A stretch of 63,986 nt of DNA, filler included, from Octopus bimaculoides (lineage: Eukaryota), in assembly GCF_001194135.2 (NCBI RefSeq). It is 6 parts of 6 records of this genome, joined end to end, with 100 filler letters (N's around TTAATTAATTAA, not from the genome) between each part and the next. Parts side by side here need not be neighbours in the genome. Positions count along the whole stretch, not along the records: positions 1 to 18,046 come from NC_068988.1; 5 more parts are not named here. The stretch is one strand, 5' to 3'. The position numbers were made by a program, and so were the translations under genes. The notes under the pieces are model-generated. The model saw nothing but the letters and a program-made list of their open reading frames with translations, was not told the origin of the DNA and made no database searches. Within the stretch, counting starts at the first letter, position 1, and each line of letters begins with the position of its first letter. Positions 1 to 12,266 of this stretch are shown in pieces.

Positions 1-33
<33 letters not shown>

Positions 34-35
34 TG

Positions 36-68
<33 letters not shown>

Positions 69-883
69 ATATACATACATGTACGTACATATATACAGAA
101 CTACACAAATATTTATATATAACTGTATTCTTATCGTGATGTAAGAAGAATTCGTACTTTACTATTGAGGAAGTTATATACTACGTTTGGTCACGATCAT
201 CTTCAAGTATTTCAAGTGACATTTTATTTAATAAGCATCTGTAATGTTTCGTATGGAAGGACTTAATTTACCTCATAATCTTCGCTAGATCTCTTGCCTA
301 GTCTTTAATTAATTATCTCTTGCTACGACTAGAAAGCCTACTGTTAAGAGACTGAATAGCACTTCATTACGTACATTATTTATAACCAACTTGTTCACTT
401 CTAAGACATAAGAACCTCTCTTGCCCTCGCCCTGAATTATCACTACAATACGAGAAACCGTTAATTAGGCCTTTATATATTGCTACCTCTATGATATCAT
501 CATGTCTGACTATTACGATTCGTCTATTACTTTAACTTTACATAGGCCTCTACGACATTATATAGGAAGATAATTATACATCCGTAAGTTTACTGCTGTA
601 TAAGCTACCACATCTAATAACTACGCTATATACTTGTGTAACATTCACACACAGCTACTGCTACACTGTATATTGGTGTAAAATCTCATAGAACATTGCC
701 TAAATGTATATGAAAATAATACTCCACACACAAGTATAATATTTAATATTACTATATTATCGCAGTGAAAATTGAAAAGTGTACATACTTTGAAAACTAT
801 ATCTATATATATATATGTATATATATATATATAGTAGGCCTACTCTACTGAAATGCGACATTGTAATATACGACGTCACGCCT

Positions 884-1200
884 CCATCTTTATCATCATT
901 GTCGTCGTCATTATCGTCATCATTGTCATCATCATCATCATCGTCATCACCTTCCTTGGTCATCATTCATTTTGACTTGCATCTTCCAAGCTGTCATCCG
1001 TTCGAGGACTGCATCAAGCTCCATTGTCTGCAGTGGAATTGTTTCCACGGCTGTTTATCTTTCATAAAGCCAACCATTGTTTTGCAGAGTGTGTCTGGTG
1101 TCTTTTCGGCGGCACTGACACCAGTGTGGTCATGAAGTAACTCGCAAGGCAAAACTCCTTTGTTCAGTCGCGAGGTGTTATAAGGGAAATACCTTTGTGC
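884..1200 (-). mobile_element. Probable decayed 3' end of an RTE-like LINE with (GAT/GAC)n tail
   Basis: Minus-strand peptides LPCELLHDHTG..KTPDTLCK and VLERMTAWKMQVKM loosely resemble RTE ORF2 C-termini and run directly into a (GAT)n tail at about 884-952. Confidence 0.4.
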
Positions 1201-2485
1201 CAGATGATAGGAGGTTAAAGTAATACAGAGGGGCAGAAAGAAACATTTTACTGTGTAGAGACTGTTAATTTTTTTTTATTAGAAAGTGGTGGGTAGTATA
1301 AAAATACTGAAAGGTAAGAACAGAGTAGGCCAAACGAGCATTCTAAAGAGACACTGTGCATAGCCACAGTCGTAAAAGAAGTTAGTAACTTTGAATATTG
1401 TCGTTACACAAGTTATAATATGACTAAAAGCCAGCAATGAAAATATAAATGAAATTTAACAATCTGATTCTTCCTGTAGGTTGGAAAACTATAGGTCTGT
1501 TGGCCTGTAATTTAGTTGTTTGACAAGAACCTACGAGAAGCGATCGCTATGAAATATTGAAAAGTAAAACGATTAGTCAAGCATCATGTACTAAACAAAA
1601 AATTCTAAGTCACTGAATTTAACATTACATGAACACGAGATGTTCATGGACTGAGAAGTCTTACAGGTTTGTCTAAATGTCATTATTAATATTGTGAAGC
1701 AAATATTTTACTGCAGCAGAAAATATTTCGCAAAACACTTTGTTGGATTTCCAACAAATAATATAAATAATATATCGAATTTAACGGTTAAAAAAATTGT
1801 AACACATTTGACAAGTAACAAATCTAGTGTTTATGGTAAACAATAAACTGTGTAAATACGTCAATAAGATATTTACATTAATAATTCAGGCAAAAAATAA
1901 AGAAAATACAATTTAACTTGGATGAAATACTTTGACGATGTGAAGTGGTGAGAAGTATCAACAGTTCCATTGCTGGAAGGTATCATTACAAATTTTCCAA
2001 TGTGTTTGATAGCTACAACATTAATGACTACTTGGAATCAAATATGAATTGATGCATCACTAAAAGGAACGAAGTGATTTTAATGATGCGAGTCAGAGGT
2101 AAATGACCTTGCTGAAAATAACATAATCGAAAGTAAAAACTGGTTGTAAAAGTAGGAGAAAATTTAACACAAAAGTGAAGATATAAGAAGAAAATATAAA
2201 TAAATAAATAGACGATATGAATAAATTGTTGATATCGTTCAAATAAATGCGATTGTAGTAAAAAGCTAAACAAAAAAGATATCCGAATTTGTTTGGAAAA
2301 ATGCACTTTTTCAATGAAATTTTTTGTGTTCAAATATAAGGCAATTTGCAATATATATTAATTGTAAGATAATAATGCGTCACAACATCAGAGACTGAAG
2401 AGGTGAGTGAAAGTAAGAGAAATATTACAGGTAATTAATCATGGATTAACTCTTCAGATAATAAAAAAAAATTACTGAAGGATTA

Positions 2486-2698
2486 AGACGGCAAGCTGGC
2501 AGAATCGTTAGCGCGCCGAGCAAAATGCTTAGCGGCATTTCGTCCGTCTTCGCGTTCTGAGCTCAAATTCCACCGAGGTCGACTTTCCCGTTCAACCTTC
2601 TGGAGTCGATAAATTAGGTACTGGTTGAACACCGGGGTCGATGTAATCGACTTTCCTCCTCCCTCAAAAGTGCAGGCATTGTGCCAAAATTTAAACTC
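2486..2698 (+). mobile_element. tRNA-derived SINE, family A
   Basis: A-box GAGCTGGCAGAATCG-like and B-box G(T/C)TCAAATTCC head, then central GAGGTCGACTTT..CCTT..GGGTCGATAAA (resembles the MetaSINE Meta domain, from recall), ending in a (TAT)n tail. About 12 related copies occur in the window. Confidence 0.9.
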
Positions 2699-2699
2699 A

Positions 2700-2726
2700 T
2701 GATTATCATCATCATCATCATTATTA

Positions 2727-2787
<61 letters not shown>

Positions 2788-2788
2788 C
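2700..2788 (+). repeat. (CAT)/(TAT)n microsatellite, SINE tail
   Basis: Directly visible. Confidence 0.95.
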
Positions 2789-2797
2789 AACGTGATG

Positions 2798-2975
2798 AAG
2801 GCTGCGATTTGGCAGAATCGTTACCGCGCCGGGGAAAATGCTTAACGGCATTTGCTCCGACGTCGACCCTGGCTTTTTATTGTTTCGGGGTCGATAAAAT
2901 TGAACAGTGAGGTCGAGGTAATCGACTTAATCTCTCCTTCGAAATTTCAGGCCTTGTGCCAATATTAAAAACGAT
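2798..2975 (+). mobile_element. SINE family A, internally deleted
   Basis: Same head and 3' motifs as 2486-2698, with the B-box region missing. Confidence 0.85.
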
Positions 2976-2977
2976 TA

Positions 2978-3323
2978 TTACCTCCGCCTTAGCGAAGGCG
3001 GAGGTATTCTTTCAGTTATGTTTATTTGTTTGTTTGTCAGTGGACAAAATATCTCAAGAACCGCTGGATGGATTCGGATGAAACTTTAAGATATGTTTGG
3101 CATTGTAACTGGCACGTACTGATTAGATTTTGGTATTGATCCGTTATCGGACAAAGATTTTAGATTATTTTCCTGTTTTTTTTTACTTAATTTTTGAGAG
3201 CGCTCGGGTTCATTTTTAGTATTCTCGTTTATGAGAGCAGTCGAGTTTATTTCAGATATTCTCGATTTAAAAATCACCCCCGGCTAATCGTTGGCGGAGG
3301 TTTGCGCTCTTTGCGTGCACTTG
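2978..3323 (+). mobile_element. Non-autonomous Helentron (DINE-1/HINE-like) element
   Basis: Subterminal inverted repeats CCTCCGCC (2981) and GGCGGAGG (3293), a short 3' stem-loop, (TTTG)n near the 5' end, and a GGATGGATTCGGATGAAACTT motif. Confidence 0.7.
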
Positions 3324-3345
3324 ATATGATTAATATTATGGTTAT

Positions 3346-3520
3346 GGCAGCGAGCTGTCAGAATCGTTAGCACGCCGAGAGAAACGCTTTTCATCCTTTT
3401 GGGGTCGATAAATTACGTACCATTTACGCACTGGGGTCGATGTAAACGAGTTAATCCCTTTGTCTGTCCTTGTTTGTCCCCACTATGTATAGCTCCCTGT
3501 GTGTAATAAAGAAATAAATA
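3346..3520 (+). mobile_element. SINE family A, alternative-tail subfamily
   Basis: Family A head with an internal deletion; tail TTAATCCCTTTGTCTGTCCTTGTTTGTCCCC..GTAATAAAGAAATA is shared with 49116-49345. Confidence 0.85.
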
Positions 3521-3525
3521 TCATG

Positions 3526-3529
3526 GTTG

Positions 3530-3611
<82 letters not shown>

Positions 3612-3613
3612 CA
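3526..3613 (+). repeat. (TAT)n microsatellite
   Basis: Directly visible. Confidence 0.95.
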
Positions 3614-3615
3614 TC

Positions 3616-3835
3616 AGGGCAGTGAGCTGGCACAACCGTTAGCACGCTGGACGAAATGCTTAGCGGTATTTTGTCTGTCGCTATGTTCTCTGTTCAAATT
3701 CCGCCGAGGTTGACTTTGCCTTTCATACTTTCGGGGTCGATAAATTAAGTACCAGTGAAAGAGTGGGGTTGATGTAATCGACTAGTCCCCTCCCCCACAT
3801 TTCAGTGCTTGCGCCTATAGTAGAAAGGATTATTA
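3616..3835 (+). mobile_element. SINE family A, full length
   Basis: Head, central domain and tail match the other copies. Confidence 0.9.
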
Positions 3836-4433
3836 TTAATGATGTGGTACCCATGTTGAACACTTATGATTAATGAATATTTTATCTAATACTATTTTAC
3901 TGTGCCGTCGAACTCATTAATTTCTCAATCTAACAAAATTTTGTTTAAAATTAAATTACTCTACACCTGAAAATTTCAGTGAATATAATCACTGCAGTCT
4001 ATTTGCAAATGTGAAATAACGATTCGAGACGTACTGCATAAAACGCAAAAGAACTCCTTGGAATCATCCAAACCTTACTTTCCTTCCCAAACACATGTCT
4101 ACCTTTATACTCATCAAAAACAGTTTCATATGTAGCTCATTACGTTTGCTTACACTCAAACCTAACCATTCCTTTATCTACAGCTATTTATTACATTCGT
4201 TGCAAATAATTCTGAATACTCTGTCCCCTCTCACCATTTTCCTCATTTCTTAATTACGCTGCAGGTTGCAGGTACAGGAAAAACATTAATATATATATAT
4301 ATATATANNNNNNNNNNNNNNNNNNNNNNNNNNNNNNNNNNNNNNNNNNNNNNNNNNNNNNNNNNNNNNNNNNNNNNNNNNNNNNNNNNNNNNNNNNNNN
4401 NNNNNNNNNNNNNNNNNNNNNNNNNNNNATACA

Positions 4434-4464
<31 letters not shown>

Positions 4465-4550
4465 GTACACATTTATGTATATCTATATATAATATATATA
4501 TTTATACTCATACGTATATATACTTATATGTATATTTGTATATAACATGC

Positions 4551-4628
<78 letters not shown>

Positions 4629-5766
4629 CACTTTCCTTCATGCAACACCCGAAACCGTTTCTTGATGTTACAAGAAAATTCGAAAGGGAAGAAAACTAAA
4701 ACAAATATCCTACTAAGAGGTGGGAATGAGAAATTACAGAAAAGCTTCTGCGGAATAGTCACCGAACATCTAGAGGATTCGAAGATAAATTCAATTACAT
4801 TTATATATTACTCCAGCTGTGTTTTTTCGTGAATGTTTTCTCGCTGCCTTGCCTGTAGTTAATTAATTTAAGAGCTCTTAATAGGTGGCTTCATTTAACA
4901 TACCCGTAGTTCTCCGAATATATCCAATATTATAAGAAGAGTAGTGAGCAAAGCGGTAAACCAGGCGTACACCATAATATAATGGAAAAATTAGAAAATA
5001 TATCCATCACATCTTTAGCAGCATTTAGAGTAAGAAACTTCTATTTGAAGCAATGTCAAGCATCAACCAGAATCGAGTTTGTTAAATATTAAGTAGTTAG
5101 GGATCTCAACATGATTTATTCTGTATTTATCAAATCTAAGACAAAATAGATTTAAGAGAATATCGACGTAACCCCTGAATTAATGAAGACTGCGAGAAAG
5201 GGAGGGATCTGGAGAGAATAGAGTTCTACCATAACAGAAAAAAACATAAAAACATCTGATTTTGGAGAAGAAATAATGAACAGGAAGGGAAGGAATGTTA
5301 TACAGTGAGGAATTTGTAGAAGTTTATGGAAAAAAAAGAAGTAAAAAAAAAAACTGCAAAGTAGTTCAAGTTAATTAAATCTACAAATAGATTTTAATAG
5401 AATATTCAGTAGAAATAAATGGTTTATTAAGATGTGTATGTAATTTGAATTGAACTTTATCCATCATGAATATTGGTAAAAAAATTGAAAGTTGTGACAT
5501 GAAGGCAGTGCAATTTTTGTAAGAAAAAAAAAGAGAAACATTTCATCTGGTATCGTGATGCAAAATACGTGATGAGAATAATTATGCGGAAATACATGAT
5601 TTTACGTTTATGATCCTTGAAATAGTATGATTAAAGCAAGCAAATAATGTTTTAAATACGGTTTACTGGTACTGGATTCAGTCAAATGCTGTGGCCATGT
5701 TGGGAGGAACTGCCTTAAGTGTGACGGAGATTTTATTTCTTACTAACTTCTCGGCTTTCTCTCCAG

Positions 5767-5953
5767 AATTTTTTCTAGTGAATTAGCCAGTTGGACAGAG
5801 CTTCTGTTCTTTGTGTTTCCTGCCACGATATGCGTTCATCTGATACCTAAGATAAAAACCTGTCCAAATGTTGCTTTAGAAACATTCACATCAACGCTTA
5901 GTCGATATCTGAGTGTTTGGCGGAGCGAAAATCCTAGAGCCGTTAGAGTACTG
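5767..5953 (+). CDS. Candidate coding exon, product unrecognised
   Basis: TACTAAC branch point (5741), a pyrimidine tract and CCAG acceptor (5766), then 62 stop-free codons IFSSELASWTELLFFVFPATICVHLIPKIKTCPNVALETFTSTLSRYLSVWRSENPRAVRVL. No strong donor site. Confidence 0.3.
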
Positions 5954-6123
5954 TGACCCGGCTCTACGTGGTGAGGACAGAATCACTGGATCATTGCATT
6001 CGTTCGATCTAATTCTTTATATTATAGAACCATATATGATAGTTAGATTGTAGCTTAATTTTGAAACTTAAATGTTGTTCTTATGATTGTTATATGACCT
6101 GCAATATAGTTCGATGGAAGATT

Positions 6124-6290
6124 TCGGGCGGTGAGCTGCCAGACTCTTTAGCACATGAGGCAAAATGCCTAACAGCATTTCACCTGTCCCTACGTTCTGA
6201 TTTCAAATTCACACAAGGTCGACTTTGCCTTTTACTCTCACAGGGGTCGGTAGAATAAGCACCAGCTGAGCACTGGGGTCAATGTAATCT
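6124..6290 (+). mobile_element. SINE family A, 3'-truncated and diverged
   Basis: GGCGGTGAGCTGCCAGA head, TTCAAATTC B-box and central domain. Confidence 0.85.
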
Positions 6291-7230
6291 ACAATATAGT
6301 AGTCTTTTTGCTTTTGAATAGCTATAGACCATTCTTTACAACAAAGAATAGAAGTGACATGGGTTAAAGTTTGTAGATTTCTGGATATGGACAGCAAAGA
6401 GCACAGTATTAAATTTTAAGAAATAACCAGGAAAAAATCAGGTAATTAGTGGCTCTAGTATGCTGGTGATGAATTCTTACCAGCCATTTGAATGGATCTA
6501 ATTGGAATATGTACAGTATGTTTGTGTAAAATAAACAGAGTAGGGACATTATATATATAACTCACTACAAGAAAATCGGATTCAGTTTTTACAGAGCAAT
6601 CGGCAAAAAACAGGTATATATAACAACAATCACAGATTATGAAATGCTAATCATATCACCATTGAATTTTAATTTTTATTTTAATTTCATTTCTTCGATC
6701 ATACTTTTCTCTCAGTTTATCCATTCAGGATATTATGATCTGTAACCCCAAAATATTGTTTAACATTCTTTTGATCATATTCATCTATATATCTACCCAA
6801 CCGAACAACCGACTCTGCCTCTCAGTATTTCTACCACGCATCATATATAGCCCGCTCTTCCCACACAGAAGCATACATTTCTCACAAAGATCATAATTTT
6901 ATGTAGTATTAAAAGGAATATGTAATAAACTAGGATATGTGTAACATGGAATGGAACAACAAACTTCGGTTGCAGTTAGTGAGACAGTGAGTTACAAAAA
7001 AGAGAACACTTCACTTTTTGAATTCGAATTATGCTAAAGTTGACATGATGTATCACAACAATGTAAGATGAAATAACAATTCAGGGCTAGAATATACTAT
7101 GACAAGCAATGGCACGTTTAGGTGTCCTACTTGATAAAAATTGCGAATGCATCCACGTGCATAAGCATGGTGGAACACAGTGGATTGAGACTAGAAACAA
7201 CAGCAGCAACTAATAGACTGGTGTTGATGA

Positions 7231-7434
7231 TGTTTCGTTACTGTATTTATTTTGAGATGCTCTTTAAATATAAACAATAAGTTAGTAAAATAGCTTAGTT
7301 ATCATTCAGCTAGTGTTAGGGACATAAATTGTGACTAAGGTTTGGTGGAAGATTTTAATTCAAAACTTATGAAAACAAGACATTTGTACTCAGAGTCAGA
7401 GCCGGTTTGAACCGGGTTGGTAACGAAAGGCTAA
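7231..7434. mobile_element. Short MITE, possibly piggyBac-like, with decayed TTAA-CCC ends
   Basis: Inverted termini TTTCGTTAC (about 7233) and GTAACGAAAGGCTAA (7420-7434). Confidence 0.5.
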
Positions 7435-9476
7435 TCTAACAATTTTGAATCTGGAGCAACTTCATGTTAGAGACGTTCTGACCACGATTATCGTGTCTCT
7501 TTTTACAGATGCCTTTTATCAAGATCTACATTATCTTCCATTGCATTCTTAAAAAAAGAAGAAAAAAAAGAAGAAAAAAAAAAGAAAAAACAGTTGGGTG
7601 AGATTTGAGGATAGTGTAGAGACTCCTTCTTTGTCTGGTAGTGATGATGATGATGCTGATGGCGATGATGATAGTGTTTGATTTCAATAACACACAAATT
7701 CAACTTTTATTACAAATGATTTGACAGCATAGAATATAATAAATATTGTCTGTTCTGTTTCCATGGTTGTGATACACGATGTCAACTGTAGCATAATTTG
7801 AATTTACAAAGTAAAGCGCTCTCTGTTTTGTAACCAGCTCTCGTTGTCTCACTAATTACAACCGAAGCTTGTTGTTCCAGTCCATGTTACACACAGCTTC
7901 GTTTCTTACGTATTGCTTTTAACACTACAGAAAATTATGATCTTTGTGAGCAATTTGTGTTTATCTGAGTGTTTCTGTGTTTGTGTAATTGTGTGTAGAT
8001 GTGTAAGATGTGAGAGTGATTAACAAATTGATGGATAGAAAGTGGTAGGAATATTAAGAGGCAGATTTGGTTGTTTGGCTGTGTAGATATATAGATGAAT
8101 GATTATGATCAAAAGAATATTAAACAGTATTTTTGGTTATAGATGGATGAACTGAAAGAAAAAGCATGATCGAAGAAAAAAATAAAAATAAAAATAAAAA
8201 TTCAGTGGTAAAAAAGATTAAAATTTGATAAATTGTAATTGTTGCTAGAACATGGAAGTAAAATCAAAGATGTACAAGAAAAATTATGTATAATGTAAAT
8301 AAGGAAACAATGTTATATAATTGGATAGTTAGACGGAAGAAGTAGAAAGAATAGGAATACAATTATGGTATCGATTAGCTTGAAGACATAAAGACAAAAA
8401 CAAAAACAAACAAAAAACTAAACACATGTCAGAATCCCATGCATTTCTTTGCGATAGAAAGAAAGGATAAAGGCAAAACGTGTTGTCTCATTGATGTAAT
8501 TCATTCACCGGGACACGTTGGGCAGATGACTCTTTATCAATAACTTTAAGCAAACTAGTTTTGGCATGCAGCAGTTATTGAGAGAATAGCTGTATGCATA
8601 CATTAGTAAGTGCAAATCACACAGAGCTGTCATTCTGTGAGACCAAAAAAGAAGAAGAAGGGAAGAAAAATATATGTAGTATCTTGAATAGAAAATAAGG
8701 TAAAGAATTTTTGCGTTAAACAGAGAAGCCAGCTGCAGGAAAATGAATGACGAAAAAAAAAAAGGTAAAGATGTATATAGAAAAGAAAATAATGAAAGAG
8801 AAATTGGGAATTTTCTGCCTCTGTTTGATTCTCTGATTTTCTTTACAAGCTTCAATGCTGTCACTTCAATTGACAAATATTTCATTCAGTTCATCTCTGA
8901 AAAGTTTATTCTGATAGTCGCAAAACCTTCGGGATGTTTGCAAGAAATGTATTTGTTGAAGTCAGGTTTGCTCGTCAGTTTATTTAACATTCGCTGACAT
9001 TCTATAAGTAACGTAAGATTTAGTAAAGCTTGTGTTATGTATTAGATTAAAGAAAGATAATAAATCGAAAGACATTGAAATAAAATAATATTAGCAGAGA
9101 AAATAAAACTTATTTCAGTTACATTGATTAAACCAAAATCAATTATTCTATTCTTGCATTTGAAATTTGGAATTGTATATTGTTATCTTTTTAAACGATC
9201 GTCGTTTTCCTTTACTTCTATACTCTAACAGCATACAACTACAGATTCTTTAATTTTAAATTCACCAACTCAACACAAGTATCTTCAGTTGTACGGCACC
9301 AAAGATATCTTTTTAAAGACGTCCATATTCCTAACGGTTCAGGAATCGATTTTGCATCCATTCAATCTAGGTCAAGATGCTACTACAAATGATTTGGGAT
9401 TCTATATCCGTGTGTTCAGAAGAATATAAATGATGTGAATATATGAAATTAATTATTAATTAACATTCATCGTGAC

Positions 9477-9542
<66 letters not shown>

Positions 9543-9586
9543 ACATGTATGTATCATGTATGTGTGCATGTGTATGTATATATGCT

Positions 9587-9620
<34 letters not shown>
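9477..9620 (+). repeat. (CTAT)n / (GTAT) / (AT)n compound microsatellite
   Basis: Directly visible. Confidence 0.95.
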
Positions 9621-9621
<1 letters not shown>

Positions 9622-10125
9622 GGTATATTGTTCCCAGAGCAAGTTAATTTTCAGAAACATAATGTAATATTAACAAAAGATGTTTTAATTCGCATCAGAA
9701 GTTCTCGAGTGAAAGCTGTCTGACATTCTTCAGGGAATGTTTGATCTCTGACAATGTAACGAATAAATTCGACTTCGCATTTGATCGATCAATCTTCAAA
9801 TAAAACCTCAAAACTAATGCATGCCATTCTTTTGTAACATTATGTCATGTGACTTAGTCTTTCCATAAGTTCATATCAGTATCCTCAAGGTAAGGATATC
9901 TAGAAATTATGAAACAGTCATTCCTCTTTGAGATTCAGTCTGATTTATTTCATCTCTTTCAGATCTACTGAAATATTTTATCAAATGCTTATTGAAGAAA
10001 ATGTCTTCATCAATCACTGGATATGCAAAATTCCACTACATATAACTATATATGAAAATGGAGAGAAATAGTAGCGGTTTCTGTACAAGGATGTTAAAAC
10101 TGTTTAATGAATTGTTAAATTAGAA

Positions 10126-10378
10126 CAGTGGTCCTCAACCATTATTTGCCTATGGACCCATTTCATTCCTGTTTTATTTTACTGGGCCCCTACAACCATT
10201 CAATGTATATTAAAATCTTACCGTATTTTCATGATGAAATATTATTAGGAATTGTATAAGAAAAATTAAAATATTTTGTAGATTGTAGAAGTAGAGCCAA
10301 TTTATTGTAGATAAATTATAAAAGTAAGATCTTATACGGACACAAAAGAGCCATATGGACCCTGGTTGAGAACCATTG
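10126..10378. mobile_element. hAT-type MITE, 253 bp
   Basis: TIRs CAGTGGTCCTCAACC and GGTTGAGAACCATTG; perfect 8-bp TSD AATTAGAA at 10118-10125 and 10379-10386. Confidence 0.92.
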
Positions 10379-10544
10379 AATTAGAAGGGAATTATTATAA
10401 GATACTAGATGACCGTCATAATCACTTAACAGTAACCTTAGTTTTAGTTACTCTCGAACAGTTGTCCCGTACATTGAGCGCAAGAAATCTCCAATAATCC
10501 TAGTTCATTATAACCCTAGTTTATTATAAGCCAATAATCCTAAT

Positions 10545-10945
10545 TTATAGCCACCTGAATCTTCTCAGCTAAAGCTAAGTTGGTTCAGATCTTCTTTGAA
10601 AGTAGTGCACAATGATTTATTGGGTCTCTCTGTAATTCTTTGCCCCTCTAGTGCTATCCATTGTATAGCTGTCTCAGGCATTTGTTCTTGTGGCTCTCAG
10701 AGAAAACAAAGCCTGTAATTCTCATTCTTCTTTCCGTTACACTCATCAGCAGGTTTCAAAAAGATTGCTATTCTCAGGACTTCAAAGTCTGCGATTTTGG
10801 CCGTGTGAGAGTATTCTGCATTGACTCCAACGGTGGAATGCCTTCAACCTCAGAGTGTTCTTGGCAGTCATCTTCCAAGTTTCTTCTGCATACACTACTG
10901 TTGGCATAGCAATACCATAGTACAGCAGGATCCTTACAGGATTGC
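10545..10945 (-). mobile_element. RTE-clade LINE ORF2 C-terminal fragment (decayed)
   Basis: Minus strand translates ILLYYGIAMPTVVYAEETWKMTAKNTLRLKAFHRWSQCRIL...TERRMR...TAIQWIALEG...TFKEDLNQL, typical of the RTE post-RT region, with frameshifts. Confidence 0.85.
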
Positions 10946-12219
10946 TAATTCTATTTAAATAGAGATTGAAAGCACGGAGATTAAGATATTACATATTTCT
11001 ATGCATTTAACATAATCTTATGAATTAAATCTATCTTAAAACCTTGATTTATAAAGCCTGAAATTCTGAACGTTATAATCGATATAGTACTTGACTGATT
11101 TCTTTTTTACTGGTGATCGACAAGCAAAGATAACCACGCAACTTATAAGATAATTCCATGGCTACAGTGGGATTCAAATAGAAACGAAAGTATCAATATA
11201 GGTTATTGACGCGGAATATTGCAGAGTGGGCTGTTACTAGCATTACTGATATAGCATTTAAGATTTGTAATATCATGTTTTGATATATCCTGTTTTAATA
11301 ATATGACAAACATTTGTGAACGATATTTTCTTCTGATATTAAATTCTAAACAGATGTCCACTGAGCAAAACACACTGAAAACAAGAACGAGAACAAAAAT
11401 GAGAACGAGAACAAAAATGAGAACGAGAAAGGAGGAGCGGGTATCATTATTATTTTTTTTTTTTCATGATACTGGCGGTTAAATGCTTACTACAGCTTCT
11501 GGAAAAATATTTCAGATTGCGATGGCTGATTATAGAAAGCCTATTTTTAACCAAGAATAAAGTGCTTTACATCATGTATGGCGAGAGTATACCTTATAAA
11601 TGACGCTGTTGCATATTTTTTTTTCTGTAATAGCAGTAAATTGTATAGTCATGATGACTAAAAAATTTTACAACTTCAACAACAAAAATAATATGAACCA
11701 TAAGCAGATCAACAACAGTAGCAACTTATGCAGACAGTTAAGATATATAAAGTATCGTACGTAAATGGCATAAGAAATTTAGAAATTGTAATCTTAACAA
11801 TTGAATTATTTCGGATGAATGATTTAGCCACTTATTAGTTTTTTTTTATATCTGAAATCAAATTAAATGCAGTTCTGCAGCATCTAGAAGTTTTAAATTT
11901 TAATATCACGATACATAAATAGTAAATAAAGATAATAAAACGAAATGAAATAATCAATATATCAAATTATATATTTTTATATTTAAAATATAAATTTCTA
12001 AGAAATTAAATTTGGAGTGTATACTCCATCTTCGCTGCGGTTCGGCGTGGTTGTAGAATTTAAACATTTTTCCTAATTTCAACATTCCCCGTAGTCACTT
12101 TGGTGTCGAGTAAAAATCTCAAAATAACCGGATAAAAATGAAAAACTTCCAAACACACGTGAGTTCAGACAATTAGTGTTTCTGTAACTTCAGGCAATGA
12201 TAAAGAAATGACTGTATAC

Positions 12220-12266
<47 letters not shown>

